Positions 13,741 through 25,708 are shown, counted from the stretch's first letter. The stretch is 64,000 bases of DNA from Cystobasidiomycetes sp. EMM_F5 (GCA_051047955.1 JBPGPT010000002.1:992001-1056000), one strand, 5' to 3'. The notes: generated from the letters alone by a model not told the origin. Program-made: numbers and translations.

Positions 13741-15664
13741 ATGTCTGAAGTCATGCAGCAGCCCATAACGACGTTCAATGCGCTGCCAGACAGCGAAAGA
13801 ACGAGAGACTTGCTCCAATCTTTCAAAAAACAATACGACTGCGATGCAGAATATGTAGCGAGAGCTCCAGGGCGAGTCAGTATCATAGGCGGTGAGTCCG
13901 TGGAGCTCGCTGTGGACGCGGAATTGAATTGACTGACATCGGCTCGAACAGAACATATTGATTATGCGGGTTAGACATACACGCGCGTTCGCTAATGCTG
14001 CAAAGAAGGCTGAGCTTGTATTACAGGCCTGTCTGTCATGCCCGCAGCGATTGACCGCAACATCCTCATGGCGTGCACAGCTGAAAGTAGTTCAGGTGGA
14101 GAATCGCGTATCACCGTATCCAATGTCAACCCGCGATTTACGACGGAAGAAGTGGTATACAAGCCAGGGAAGACGGGACCCCAGCTCGACCAAAAGGCGC
14201 ACACTTGGGTGAATTATTTCAAGGTAAACGACCGTCTCCCGAATACGGCTACGAATTCATCTGACATATGCATGTTGCTCAGGCAGGCCTAAAAGTATGT
14301 CCGTCACGCGCTTTACCCATCAACACCGTTAACCCGTTGTTCCTGCCTAGGGAGTCCTGCTGCATCTATCCGACGAGACAGCTGCCAAGTCCATCAGCCT
14401 GAAAATAATGGTCGATGGAAACGTGCCTCCAGCTGGTGGACTGTCTTCGAGTGCTGCTATGGTGGTAGCATCGGCTATTGCCGTCATCAATGCGTATGGA
14501 GCCATGTCTTCGACAACACAGGGCCAGCTGGCGGAGATTGCCATTACAAGTGAACGGCTAGTGGGAGTCAACTCTGGCGGCATGGATCAGTCAGCTAGCA
14601 TATTCAGTCGTGAGAATTATCTCCTCAATGTGTGAGTTGCAAGCGCGTCGGGCGCAAAATGCTAGCTAATGCTACATTTCTCTGCAGCGGCTTTGTCCCA
14701 AAACTCACCGCTACTCTGGTGCCTTTTCCGAAACGCAAGCCTGGCATTTCTTTTGTGATTGCAAACAGTCTTGTAGTTTCGGAAAAGCAAGTCACGGCCA
14801 AATACAACTATAACCTACGAGTGGTCGAGATGCGCGTAGCAGCAAAGATGCTGCAGAATCACCTCAAATTGAAGTTGCCGATGCCGCTTCCCACCCCGAA
14901 AGACATCATGGATGCGCGTTTCAATGGACCCCTTGATGCTGAAGCTTCCGACTACCTTGATCAGGAGCAGAAAAGGCTGCAAAGCATGCTTGAGAGTGTG
15001 GAAGAGCTGTTCGGCAACAACCGCACAGGCGTAGCTTGGGGAGATGTCTACAGTCTGCTTGGCGGAATAGATTCACAGCAATTCAAGGAGACTTTCAATC
15101 CTGACTTTGAGATTGAGGCATCGTCTCTGAAGCTCTACACACGCATAAAGCATGCGGTCAGTATGCCATGATGCGCTGCAGCGCGCGTGTTGCCTAGTAG
15201 CTGACCCTCTGCTCACAGTACTCCGAGGCTGGCCGTGTATACAGGTATCGCAAGCTTTTGGAAGATACAACAGAGGGCGATGAGCATTTGGCTAGTAATC
15301 TCGGCGAGCTCATGAACGAGAGTCAAGCGAGCTGTCGAGACTTGTATGAATGCTCCTGCCCCGAAATTGACGAGATCTGCGAGCTAGCTCGCAGTGCTGG
15401 AAGCTTGGGCAGTCGCGTCTCTGGCGCTGGGTGGGGTGGATGTACAGTAAGTGCTGGCATGTCTCTGCCGTAAATGAGCTCTTATCCAATAAACTCATAC
15501 TGCAGGTACATCTCGTGCCGGAAGACAAAGAAGGTGCCCTCATAAACACTCTGAAAAGGCAATATTACGCCAAGCGGTATCCTGATCTTTCGGACGAAGA
15601 GCTTGTGGCCGCACTGTTTGCAACAAGGCCGGAGGAGGGAGCTTGCCTGTATCTTGTATCATAA
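13741..15664 (+). CDS. GAL1: Galactokinase (GHMP kinase), multi-exon
   Basis: [64 protein letters not shown]. Confidence 0.96.
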
Positions 15665-15706
15665 CGACAACATCTGGAAATTATCTGACTTCAGCAATCA
15701 CGCCCG

Positions 15707-17311
15707 CTACGGCGTACCGGCTGCATCCGCAGGCTCTGACTGCCAAACATAATCGAAGCCTAGCTTGCTTGCCATCAACATGAACAGCAACGCCGGCAGG
15801 TGGACAAGGCTGACGAAGAAGAGCGATCTCGCTGATGCATCACGGGGATCGCGATCAGTGGCTCTTGCACCAGGGACCGTTTTCATTATACCATGCTTGC
15901 GGGCTGCAGCGAGTGATGACGCGCTACCCGCTCGCCAGAATCGCCAGGCATAGAATCCGAGCGCCCCGCTGGGTATAAGGCTTGCAATCCCTACAGCCCA
16001 GCTTGTAAGACCGACCATAGGCGCCGCGATTGCTGCAGCTGCAGCACCAACTATGGTCCATCTGAGCGAGACACGCGCATTCATTGCCGGATTGACGGCG
16101 CTGAGCATGCGATAGCCCCCTCGAGCATACTCTGATCGTATCGTCCAACTCAAAGCATTGAAGTGCGGGAATTGCCATGCAAACAGGATCAAAGCAAGAA
16201 CCCACGCGCCAGCTTGTCCACCGAACGGATCGAGGGAATTTGTGCACGCCGCCCAGCCCATCAACGGGGGTATGCCACCCACAACGGCACCGACCCAAGT
16301 GTTGACTACAGAGAGACGTTTGAGTGGTGTGTATACACCAGCATACAGGACAATATTGAGCAGACCTAGAGAGGCTACAAGCGGGTTGACGCATGTGTAC
16401 AGAAGCGCCGTTCCTGCAATGCCTGTGATTGTGCCGAAGGTAAAGGCATGCAAGGGCGTAATAAGATGAGAGGGTAGGGGTCTTTTGGCTGTTCGCGGCA
16501 TTTGCGAATCGTAAGGTATCTCGATGAGCTGATTGAAGGTGTTTGCTGACGCGGAACACAGTCCAGTACCGACAGCGGTAGCAAGGAGCGTAGATACGTG
16601 AAAGCTGTTTGTAGCAGCTTTAGGCAGCCCTGCTGCGAGTATGGAAGCATTACCAAATGTATCGCTCATGAAGGCTTCCATTGCGAGAGCAGCGGTCGCA
16701 GGATCTGTTGGACACATTGCATAGCCCGCCATCGCGGTCAGGACTATCCAAGCGGACAATCGCCCCTTGGCCAGCTGTTTGTATATCCCGAGCTGAGCTT
16801 GTATGCTTCGCGGTTTGGCTAGCGTCCGCCATTGAGCTGTCGGAGTAGCGATTGCTGGGATATTAGGTGATATTGCATGAGACATGGCTGCCGTACTGCG
16901 CAGAGTCGAAGCGGATAATGGGGGACTTTCTGAGGGTTGCGCAACGTCTTGCTGTCCATTTGGGGCGGCATGATCCCCAGCACGTCCAGCCTGATGTTTC
17001 AGAAAGCTCGAGCGGAAAAAGTTGCCCAGTGACGCTCCACTGCGCGATGGTGTGGTAGGAATAGGTGGAAGTGCTGATGTGGAGGCTATTGGGGTATTAG
17101 GACTGGCTGGCGAGCTGCTGAAGTATCGCGAAAACGGCGATTGGCTTGACTGCCGATAGGTAGACTGCGAATTGCGGACAGCATAGGCAGCATTGCATGT
17201 GCAGCAGCATGATTGCAGGCGAAGTGGACGCTGGCGACGATAGACTCGCCCAGCGGTCTGCATACTTTGCAAGGTAGTTGGAGGGCAAAGGACCATACTC
17301 AACAATGGCAT
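15707..17311 (-). CDS. COX10: Protoheme IX farnesyltransferase (heme O synthase)
   Basis: Single long ORF with ANTFNQLIE..D.QM.RT..RPL, YTPLKR, NTWVGAVVGGIPPLMGW, WQFPHFNAL and a mitochondrial presequence-like N-terminus. Exact ATG uncertain. Confidence 0.95.
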   Translation of the reverse strand: MPLLSMVLCPPTTLQSMQTAGRVYRRQRPLRLQSCCCTCNAAYAVRNSQSTYRQSSQSPFSRYFSSSPASPNTPIASTSALPPIPTTPSRSGASLGNFFRSSFLKHQAGRAGDHAAPNGQQDVAQPSESPPLSASTLRSTAAMSHAISPNIPAIATPTAQWRTLAKPRSIQAQLGIYKQLAKGRLSAWIVLTAMAGYAMCPTDPATAALAMEAFMSDTFGNASILAAGLPKAATNSFHVSTLLATAVGTGLCSASANTFNQLIEIPYDSQMPRTAKRPLPSHLITPLHAFTFGTITGIAGTALLYTCVNPLVASLGLLNIVLYAGVYTPLKRLSVVNTWVGAVVGGIPPLMGWAACTNSLDPFGGQAGAWVLALILFAWQFPHFNALSWTIRSEYARGGYRMLSAVNPAMNARVSLRWTIVGAAAAAIAAPMVGLTSWAVGIASLIPSGALGFYAWRFWRAGSASSLAAARKHGIMKTVPGARATDRDPRDASARSLFFVSLVHLPALLFMLMASKLGFDYVWQSEPADAAGTP

Positions 17312-17360
17312 GATAGGGTTACTTTACAACTGACTGATACTTCCCAAGTGGCCGTCTAAG

Positions 17361-19156
17361 TCACTGCAACCAATCTGCTAACTTTTGCAACGCAGGCGGA
17401 ATGTTCTTACTCATGAGTGCCGGAACCAAGAAGAACCCGCTGTGAAATTTACGTCATTTAGCTTGCCGTGCTGAAGGACATTGCGGGATAAGCACTCACT
17501 GGGTTTCATCATTGCCACGATACTCCTCCACAAGCATACCCGCCTTCCGCAAATTGGATGCTAAAGACCTGCACTCTGCAGCAAAGAGCTCCACAGTGCC
17601 ATGGAAGATGAGGAAGCTGTTGGACGTTGATTAGTGAATACCTGATATACTTGCCTACCCGCTCATACCAAGGTGCTTCCTGCCTGAGCTGCTTAGACGC
17701 CGAGACAATTCTTCGCAACGATGGGACCGCTGATTCTGCAGAGCATCCTCAGAACAACGCTGCGATCAGTAAGCTGCGACACTGGCGTACCAAGAGCGGG
17801 AGAAAAGTAAGGATGCGCGCGCTTCAGGGTGCCAACTGAGTCAGCAGCCTGCTGTGCGTTGCCCTTCGAGTAAGATGCGAGGTTGTTGGTATAGCCTGCC
17901 ACGGCGAAAGCCAACATCGTTGGGTGAACTGTCCACATTTGCGTCAGCACATTCACAATGAAACAAGATGCTGTGTCGTAGACTTACTGATGTCAAAGTG
18001 GACATTGTCACCGTAAGCGTGAGAGAAAGTTAGGTCGACCCAAGGAGAATTTAGAAGAGCTTTTACGGGCATAATCAGCTTCGGTGGTCTCCTTTCTCCT
18101 TCTGTCAGTCTAGATAGGTATTGCAGTAGAGCCACAGCCAGGCCGGCTCCGGCAGAATCGCCTGCCAATGCGATGCGTGTGTAGCCTTCACGAACAAGGT
18201 AAGCATATCCAGATATCATATCTTGCAAGGCAGCAGGAAAGGCGTTCTCCGCCGATACTGCTTTGCGATAGTTGACACCTAATACGCGTTTGCCGGACAG
18301 CCGAGCAATATCGAAAACGCGGCTTGCTTCGAGCGGATGACCTGTAAGACATCGAACCAGGCTCTCAGTAAAGCATCGATAGGAAGGGATAGGTCAACAC
18401 TGACCCGTAATATACCCACCACCGACAATGTAGTATACAACCTCGACGCTGTTATTCTCCTCTTTCGTTGATGGAGGAATCGGCGGCTGAGTGCGGGTGA
18501 TCCAAAAGCCAGGCAGTTTCTTTTGCGGAAGGATCGTTCCAGCGGGATCGATAGCGTCACCTTGTATCCACTCTTTCTCTTCCTCCGAATTTTGGAAGGA
18601 TAGATCGACTGGCAGCATGTGAGTCCGCCTACCGTACCAGACTCTCGCAGGAAAGGTAATTCCTTCCTCGTCTAATGGAGACGCGGCGGGAGGAAGGCCG
18701 AATGTTATTGCCCTTGTGAGACACAGTCGATTTGTCAGGATGTACGTTATATACTGCAGATGCCAATGTACCATATGACGCGCGACAGTAACGGATAGGT
18801 GAGCTTTTGTAATAGTGACCAGCTAGGCCGGCGAGGGAGGAGCGTCGGCGGCAGGAGATTATCGGGAAGCTTAACCAGCTCCATCAGTAGCACGAAGCCG
18901 ATCCAAGTCGGGATCAAGCCTAGGACCCATGTCAAGCGCAATAGCCTAAAGACCCATGTAACGAGCCCAGTTGGTGGAATAAGGCGCTCGACGAAAGGAA
19001 CGCATGGCCGCCATATTGAGAATGGAATGCCTTTGTAGTCATCGTTGCTGTCTGTACATCTCGTTAGAAGTGGGTCAAGCGGAATGGCTGAAACTTGCCG
19101 AAGAAGGGCTTCTGCCAGACATTCCTAGGATGCAGGAAAGAGTAACCAGATTCCAT
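17361..19156 (-). CDS. Alpha/beta hydrolase, esterase/HSL-like (abhydrolase_3), with N-terminal hydrophobic segment
   Basis: YIVGGGYITG oxyanion loop, GDSAG nucleophile, SPWVDL. Reconstructed last exons FLIFHGTVELF...NDETH/GFFLVP..ADWLQ-TGA(17361). First intron is GC-AG (19052-19098). Confidence 0.85.
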
Positions 19157-19326
19157 AGCTGATGTTGCAGTCGTTCGACATGTCGGAAGCCGGCAAAGCT
19201 TCGTCATTGAAGCAGGGCTGTACTGTACCTGAATTTTATCGAATCGAACCAGCGCGCAGACGAGCACCCGGATACGCTGCAAGTGCTTTTGCATCTCTGC
19301 TTCAAATCTACACGCTGACTCCAATC

Positions 19327-20521
19327 ATGGCTGCACAGGAAGACTCAATATTCAGCCTGACCTCGTTTGTCAGTCTGCTGGCAGTGGTCGTCCTCCTCGC
19401 CGTCGGCTACTACGCGAGCAACGCGCTTCTTGCGAAAAACACGAGAAGATTTGACCGCGGCGTCTTCATTTGGCTGGTGAACCGGAACGGTAGTCGTAAA
19501 CGGCTGTCCATTGACTGACTGTGGTATACTTACTCTGCGCCAGGTCTTCGATGGCTTATTGCATTGTATGTGGAACCCGCTCCATAAGCATCGTCGGCAA
19601 CAACGGGTACCATCAGCAGCTGACTCCTGTGTGGGCAGTATCCTTTGAGGGATCTTTCCTCTACACCAGGTCAGAGAATACACCCAAAGCAACGTCCTGA
19701 TGCATTCTTTCTGATTCCGGACTATCTCCCACAGTTCTTTCGGAAGATCTGCACAGACCGGAGAAGACTGGACAGCCGCGCTGTGTGGGTGCGACTCATG
19801 ATCACGAAGGAGTTCCGCTGAACTTTGCCGTAATGATATAGGGCGAGAGTATGCAAAAGTAGAACACCGAGACCCTGACCGGCCTCACTACGAGCTGAGA
19901 CGCTGCTGTCTTTGATTAGGCCGACCTGCGATGGGGCGTATCAGATCCACTCATCGTATCGATGGAGATCCTGACCGTCGTCATCGGAGGTCCGCTGGCG
20001 CTATACTGCGCATACCTGCTCGTCAAGAAGAGTGGCGCAAGACATCCCTGGCTTCTGATACTATCGACTGGAGAGCTATATGGAGGGTGAGCTAGATTGA
20101 TTAATTGTTTCACCGCATCCTGCTAATCAAGCACGCTAGATGGATGACTTTTTGTCCTGACGTGGGGAATATCGTGGTTTCATTTAGCAGAGACCCATGC
20201 TGATTGAGTGTACAGTGGCTCATTGGGTCGCCGAATCTGCGTACTGATAATTTCCTCCATCTCTGGGTGTATTTGGCTGTGAGCATTACCATCATGAGAC
20301 GTTTGAGTAAGACTTCTAACATACAACGTACACTGCAGTTGATGAATGGTTGGTTGCGAGAGAAGGGTAATTGCACTGCTAGACGCTAATTTGTAACTCG
20401 GACGTCTAAAACAGGCATCTGGGTCGTTATACCATTCATAATCATGGTCGACTCTTTCAAGCAGATAATCAAGGCATTCGAAAGTCGCGTATCGGTCTCA
20501 AACGGCAGAAGGATACAATGA
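19327..20521 (+). CDS. Emopamil-binding protein (EBP/EBPL, EXPERA) family membrane protein, 9 exons
   Basis: Spliced product WL/VFDGLLHL/SFEGSF...LWREYAK/ADLRWGVSDPLIVSMEILTV...STGELYGGWMTFCPD/WLIGSPNL...LWVYLA/LMN/GIWVVIP. Stop TGA 20519-20521. Confidence 0.88.
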
Positions 20522-21685
20522 GGCGCGGTATTGAGCAAATTGATGGCATTGCTGTAGATTTAGAAGCTGACTCTGCATGAGGGGTAGCTGCGTGTACAAT
20601 TGAATTTGCCAGCCCTATTCTGCCTGTGCCCCAAACGCCAGTAGTGCTTTGCTTCGGCTTTTTTGCAGGCCCACCCCCGACAAAGTAAATGTTGATTTGC
20701 CATGCAATTCATTTAGTGGCCGCTAACCTGTTCGGTGACCAAACCGTCCTTCGAGCTTAGATGGAGGAGGGCGCGCTGTTACATATCGTTGTGCCTATCA
20801 AATTTGCTTTTTTAGCACTGGTAGATGCTTTCCATGGGCCTTACGAAGACGCTGAACGTTCCGAGTGAGGTTGCCCTGACTTTGAGCACTGTTGTTTACT
20901 ATGAATCACACACTGTGTAAGTATTACTAGCTGTTTTGAAACGATGAAGGCAATAAATCGATCTGGACGTGTCAGCGTGGAGTGAGGGAAAGAGCAACGT
21001 CGGCCAGCGATAGGCAGTACTTTGACTTAGCTTTGCGTATTTTGCCAATGTGGATGCCTGTGGACAATCTGTCAATGTAGCCAGGAGGGTCACTGCTGGA
21101 TTGTTAGCACATTCTTCGCTATAGCTATCGAACAGTAATGTGAAGTCATGTAAGCTCCTCCATGTCGTGCTTGTATCCTCCCAGGATTCTTGTTCGCTTT
21201 CGGCCTAGAGCAATTAATTTCGGGGTAGGCGACAAAGGTTGCAATGCTTGCAGTTGGTGCAACTACCTTAGTGAAAGCTGAAAACTCTGAATCGGATGCT
21301 GACGATTAACGTCAGTATCCTGTGCGTGCACGCAGTTGGCCATTTGTGAGACGTGAAGTTTCAATTATCGGCATCAGCTGACTATTACAGCTTCACTGTG
21401 TGTATCCATTAGTAACAACGTCAGCAGCATCATAAAGTACGACAGACTGAACCTAGTGTGGTGCATGTGTAGGGTGTAAGCACATGAAAATATAATCAGG
21501 CGAAAAAAAAAATTAATTACGAAGCATTAAGAAGAACAATGGAAATGTGCTTGCTATACTGCGAGGAGAATTGAGGTTTGGGCACCTGTGCAACTTCTCG
21601 CCAGTTTCTCTTGTTCATTCTGATCTGTTTCGATTTTTATAGCGGAAATTGCGGGGCATGGCTGCGGGGTGCGGCAAATTCAGTG

Positions 21686-21694
21686 ATATATGTT
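21686..21694 (+). promoter_or_regulatory. TATA-like element ATATATGTT upstream of tRNA-Ser
   Basis: Starts 40 nt before the mature 5' end. The same 9-mer starts 38 nt before the tRNA-Leu gene. Confidence 0.55.
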
Positions 21695-21725
21695 GTTTTC
21701 AGCCGTTCCTTAGCGATACCTTCGC

Positions 21726-21829
21726 ATCGCTTTGCCTGAGTGGTTATAGGGTGTGATTCGAATAAACACCATGTGTTTCATATCATCTCATGGGTTCTGC
21801 CCGCACAGGTTCAAATCCTGTAGGCGATG
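21726..21829 (+). tRNA. tRNA-Ser(CGA) with 22-nt canonical intron (21763-21784)
   Basis: Acceptor ATCGCTT/AGGCGAT, discriminator G, D-arm CCT..AGG, anticodon CGA at 21759-21761, long variable arm GGGTTCTGCCC, T-arm ACAGG-TTCAAAT-CCTGT. One U:U mismatch in the anticodon stem. Confidence 0.92.
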
Positions 21830-21834
21830 TTTTT
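21830..21834 (+). terminator. Pol III oligo(T) terminator of tRNA-Ser
   Basis: TTTTT directly after the discriminator base. Confidence 0.8.
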
Positions 21835-22270
21835 AGCTGGCCGTGGTCGTCGCTGGGCAGTTCTGAAGATATAGTCTCGGTGTGCAAGAGGCTGGCCTTT
21901 GTGAATTTTGCTGGAACACCCCGTTTGGTCCGATATTTGCGAATGTCAGTTATTGCACCGAACACAGACACGTCCGTCTACTAGTAGTTCTATTTGGCAC
22001 GTTGTGCACTTTTGATGGACGGCCCAAAAACACAGCCGCCCGAAATTAATGCGGATGCTGTCAATTGCGGGGACAATATGTACTCGATCGTGTCCTTAAT
22101 GGCTTCTCGGCACTTCTGTTGAAAGCTCGCAAAGCAAGTGAAAACCAATCGGCCTTTCGCGTCTCCCAGCTTCAGTAATTTAACTTTCTCGAATGAGAGT
22201 ACTAAGTACCGAACTTGCGAACGAAAGCTGCCCGAAAGAAGACGGTCTACAACAACAAACTGCACCGCTC

Positions 22271-25200
22271 TTAGTTCTTCTTGCGCTTCTTCGACTGCTT
22301 CTGGTCCGTCTCTGCCTCCTTCCTTTTGCCCTCGATGTTCTTCACACTTATGACTTTGTCAGTCCTGGCGCCCTTGAACGCATCGTCAGTTCCGCCGATT
22401 GCGTACTGACCCAGATCCAAAGAGTCGATAATATCTCTTTGCTGTGCACGAAGTTGCTTCGTCGCCTCGTCCCCCTCTTCGTTTAGTTCGTCTTCCAACT
22501 CCTGCCGCACTGACACCTTCCGATGTGTGCCATTTATTGACGAGGCAGGCTCCTCTTCCGGTAAGGATTTGTCAATCTCCTGCTTCTGCGTATCTTCGAT
22601 AGTCTTGGTGACCTTGCGTATAATCTTGACGAAAAGCGCAAGTGCTTGTGACACTGGCAAATTGAGCTCGGCTTCTACAGCTTCGATACTCTTGCGTTGT
22701 AGCCCTAAAGCCAAGAGGATAGAGCTCTGCAGGCCAGAGAGCCTCAGTTCTGTTGCTTCGAAGCGACCTTCGAAATATAATGCAGCCAAATTTGGCAACA
22801 GATCCAAGATGACATGGTAATCTAGCATGTTGTTGCCATAAGAGATGAGCCGCTTCATGTCGTGTGGCGAGAACAGCTGCTGCAAATCTTCGTTGGACAA
22901 GGCTGCAAAGGAATGTTCAATTATAGATGCCAGCCGACCACAGCAGAATCTAAGCTCACTAGGTTTCCGCCTCGCAGCAATCTCCCCAGCTTTGGCGCCC
23001 TCTAGTATGGACAAGGCAGTGACAGAGGGGAATTCGCGGAATTTATAGGACAGCAGCATAGTAAAACGTTTTCGGAAATCTGCATGTCCGAAGTCAGTGC
23101 TGTAGTTCCAAGCTTACTGGAACTGGCTTTCACACCTTGCACGAAATCGCTTATCCACTCTTGTGTGATGGATGCTTCGTCGCTTACCATGCCCCGCAGC
23201 ATAACACAAGTATGCTCGCCCGTGAGCTCATTGGTCGTTTGTCGCAGGTACATTGGTATATAGCCTGCTCTCTTCCAGAATTTGAAGAGCTGCGGTGTCA
23301 TGCCGAATGACACACCGAGCCAATCCAATTTCTGCGGCGGGAGTTCGGGCAGCCGCTGCAACAGCGGCGGCATCTTCGCCGGATCTCGCACTTGTACGGA
23401 TGTGTCGGTTGCCAAAGTTGTGTGCTGTATTCAAAGAGATGTTAAGCAACGACGGCGCATACAGATAAGTGACTCACTTTGTCAAACTTGCTGGCGGCTT
23501 TGAAGGATTGACTGTGGTCTTGCCGTTGCGCCTCGTCCAGGTTTAGCAGTTTCCCGGAGAAGAAGTCCAAAAGTACTGAGAGCGCTCGACTGCCATAGCC
23601 CATCTTGGCGAAATCTGGGTTTGTGGCTATCCTGACTATACGCGCGCCCGAAAGAGTCGCGAATTCGTCATCTTGGTACTGTGTGCAAAATTAGTGCCGT
23701 CACCACGTATTTAATACACCAGCAAAAACAAACTTGTTGTGATATTGTCCAGGGTATCAAGTCCCCGCCCGCTTTTATCCCTCTTGCTAGACTATTGAGA
23801 ACGCTTTGCTTGGAGATTTGTCCTTCCAGAGCTACTTGCAATACCACCAAAGGTTCAGGTAATGTCATCTCCTTTGCATCTTCCTTGATTGGCGGCAGCA
23901 AGACGAAGAGCAGATGATTAGGTGCGTCTGATAGCAGCTGCAGATCATTTGGACTGTTCTTGTAATGTGACGAGACAAATAAGGCCATGAGCTTTTGCAA
24001 GAATACTTCAGAGATAGCATGGAAGGAGAAAAGTGTGTCGCGATTGACGGCATAGAGATCACATGTCGAAGGATGGGGCGTGCCCTTGGCAATCAGAGAT
24101 TTAGTATTGAGGATGGACAAGCTGGAGTCCAAGCAGAGAAGGGAGTTCAGCCATCGCTCAATGGCATCGTTCGGGCCGTAGCGTATTGGTGTTTCGAGTT
24201 TAATCTCGCGTAACGACCGGGTTGCACTAGCTGTTGACCGAGTCGAGTCTTTGGCTGCGATTGCGGCATTGACAGCACCATTTTGAGCGGCAGTGCGGGA
24301 CTGGTCCCGAAGGGATTGTATGAGTTTGAGTGACAGAGATCGGCCGGTTCCTTCGTAGCCATTGATTGTGGATGCCATGAAGACCAGGTAGGGTCCCATC
24401 AAAGCTCGCACCATTGGCAAGGGAATCGCAGCAGCTTCATCGATAACGACCAGTTCAGCCTGGCCCAGTACGTGTGCATCTTGAGGTTGAATATACTGTA
24501 TAGTCTGTCGATGATTCCGGAATACATTGACGCGCACGACTGCCTCGTTCCATTCCTTGTTGCTGCTCTTTACAATGTCGTAATCCAGAAACTCTTTCCA
24601 GCCAAGGCCATCGAAGCCTTTGAAGACAAATTGCCAAAAGGTGTGGAGGTTATCGGGATGAGGAGAAGTGACAAATATGTTGGAATAGCTGAAACTGACA
24701 GCTAGAGCGACTGCCAGTCCGAGAGCGGCGGATTTGCCTCTGCCTCGGCCTGCTGTCAAAGTGACAGTGGAAGATAGGGATTGCGATGACAGCGCGTCTG
24801 CAAAAGTCAACAAAGCCTGCGCTTGATCCACTGTCACAGTAGCGGGGACGACGCTGCCAACTGGTTGCGTGTCCTTCAGAGACTCGACCAGGTCCTTCAA
24901 TTGTTTAGACTGCTCCGTGACTGCACCAGGTGAACTTTCAAGCGGTTTGACATCCTTTCCAGCCGAAATCGGGAGGACATTCAACTCGTCGTCCAACACC
25001 AAGGCAGATTTACATGTCCCTAAGGAGAGAATGAATCGTTCGTTGAAGCGAGCTATTGGATCGTCGGAGCTTTCTGTCCTGTACCGTGAGTGAACATCCA
25101 TAGTCATTGTGTACAGTTGCTTCAGACTCTTCATGCTCTGTAGCAGCATTACCACGATGCCACCTCCTTGTACAGTCTCGACAGTCCTTGCCAGCAAATT

Positions 25201-25708
25201 TGGCGTGATGGCTTCAAAGTCGGACAGCACCAGCATACCATAGGTCTGACCTAGAATCTTGTCAGTATCGCGGTAGTAGCTTGAAAGCACAATATCGTCA
25301 GATTATTTGTGTTTTGCAGAATGAGCGGCCACTTTGCACGCAATGTACTGACCAGTATCTGATATCTGTCACTCCGACGAAGAGCTCAAATGGGTCAAGT
25401 TCTCCCTCGTCCCGGATTCCTCGCTTGACATCTCGTTTGATCTTGCCCTCTCGTTTCTTTCGGTTGCTCGTAAAGCCCAGTTCTTTCTTGTAGCACCACA
25501 GGACGCTTGGCCTGCTCGTCGAAGCTTTGCTACTGGCATGAGACAGACGAGCCTGGGACAAAAGATAGTGCAAATTGACGACCTGGCTGTGCTGCTGCTT
25601 CGTCGAGCCGATAATAAGAAAGAATGACCGATGATGCTGCAGGACTCCGTTGGTGATGAGCTGCGGTATCCGGGGGTCTAGCGGCTTGCGCGAGCCAGCA
25701 GACGACAT
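22271..25708 (-). CDS. KRE33: RNA cytidine acetyltransferase (Kre33/NAT10)
   Basis: RKPLDPRI..LITNG, VLWCYKKELGF, DFEAITPNLLART, TAGRGRGKSAALG, IDEAAAIPLP, STINGYEGTGRSLSLKL, SSHYKNSPNDLQL, GARIVRIATNP, LTGEHTCVML. Confidence 0.97.

Noticed and set aside
21726..25708. Functional link between KRE33/NAT10 (acetylates C12 of tRNA-Ser/Leu) and the adjacent tRNA-Ser, or an RNA-processing gene cluster
   Set aside because: Adjacency of housekeeping genes is expected by chance in a compact genome; no shared regulatory evidence.
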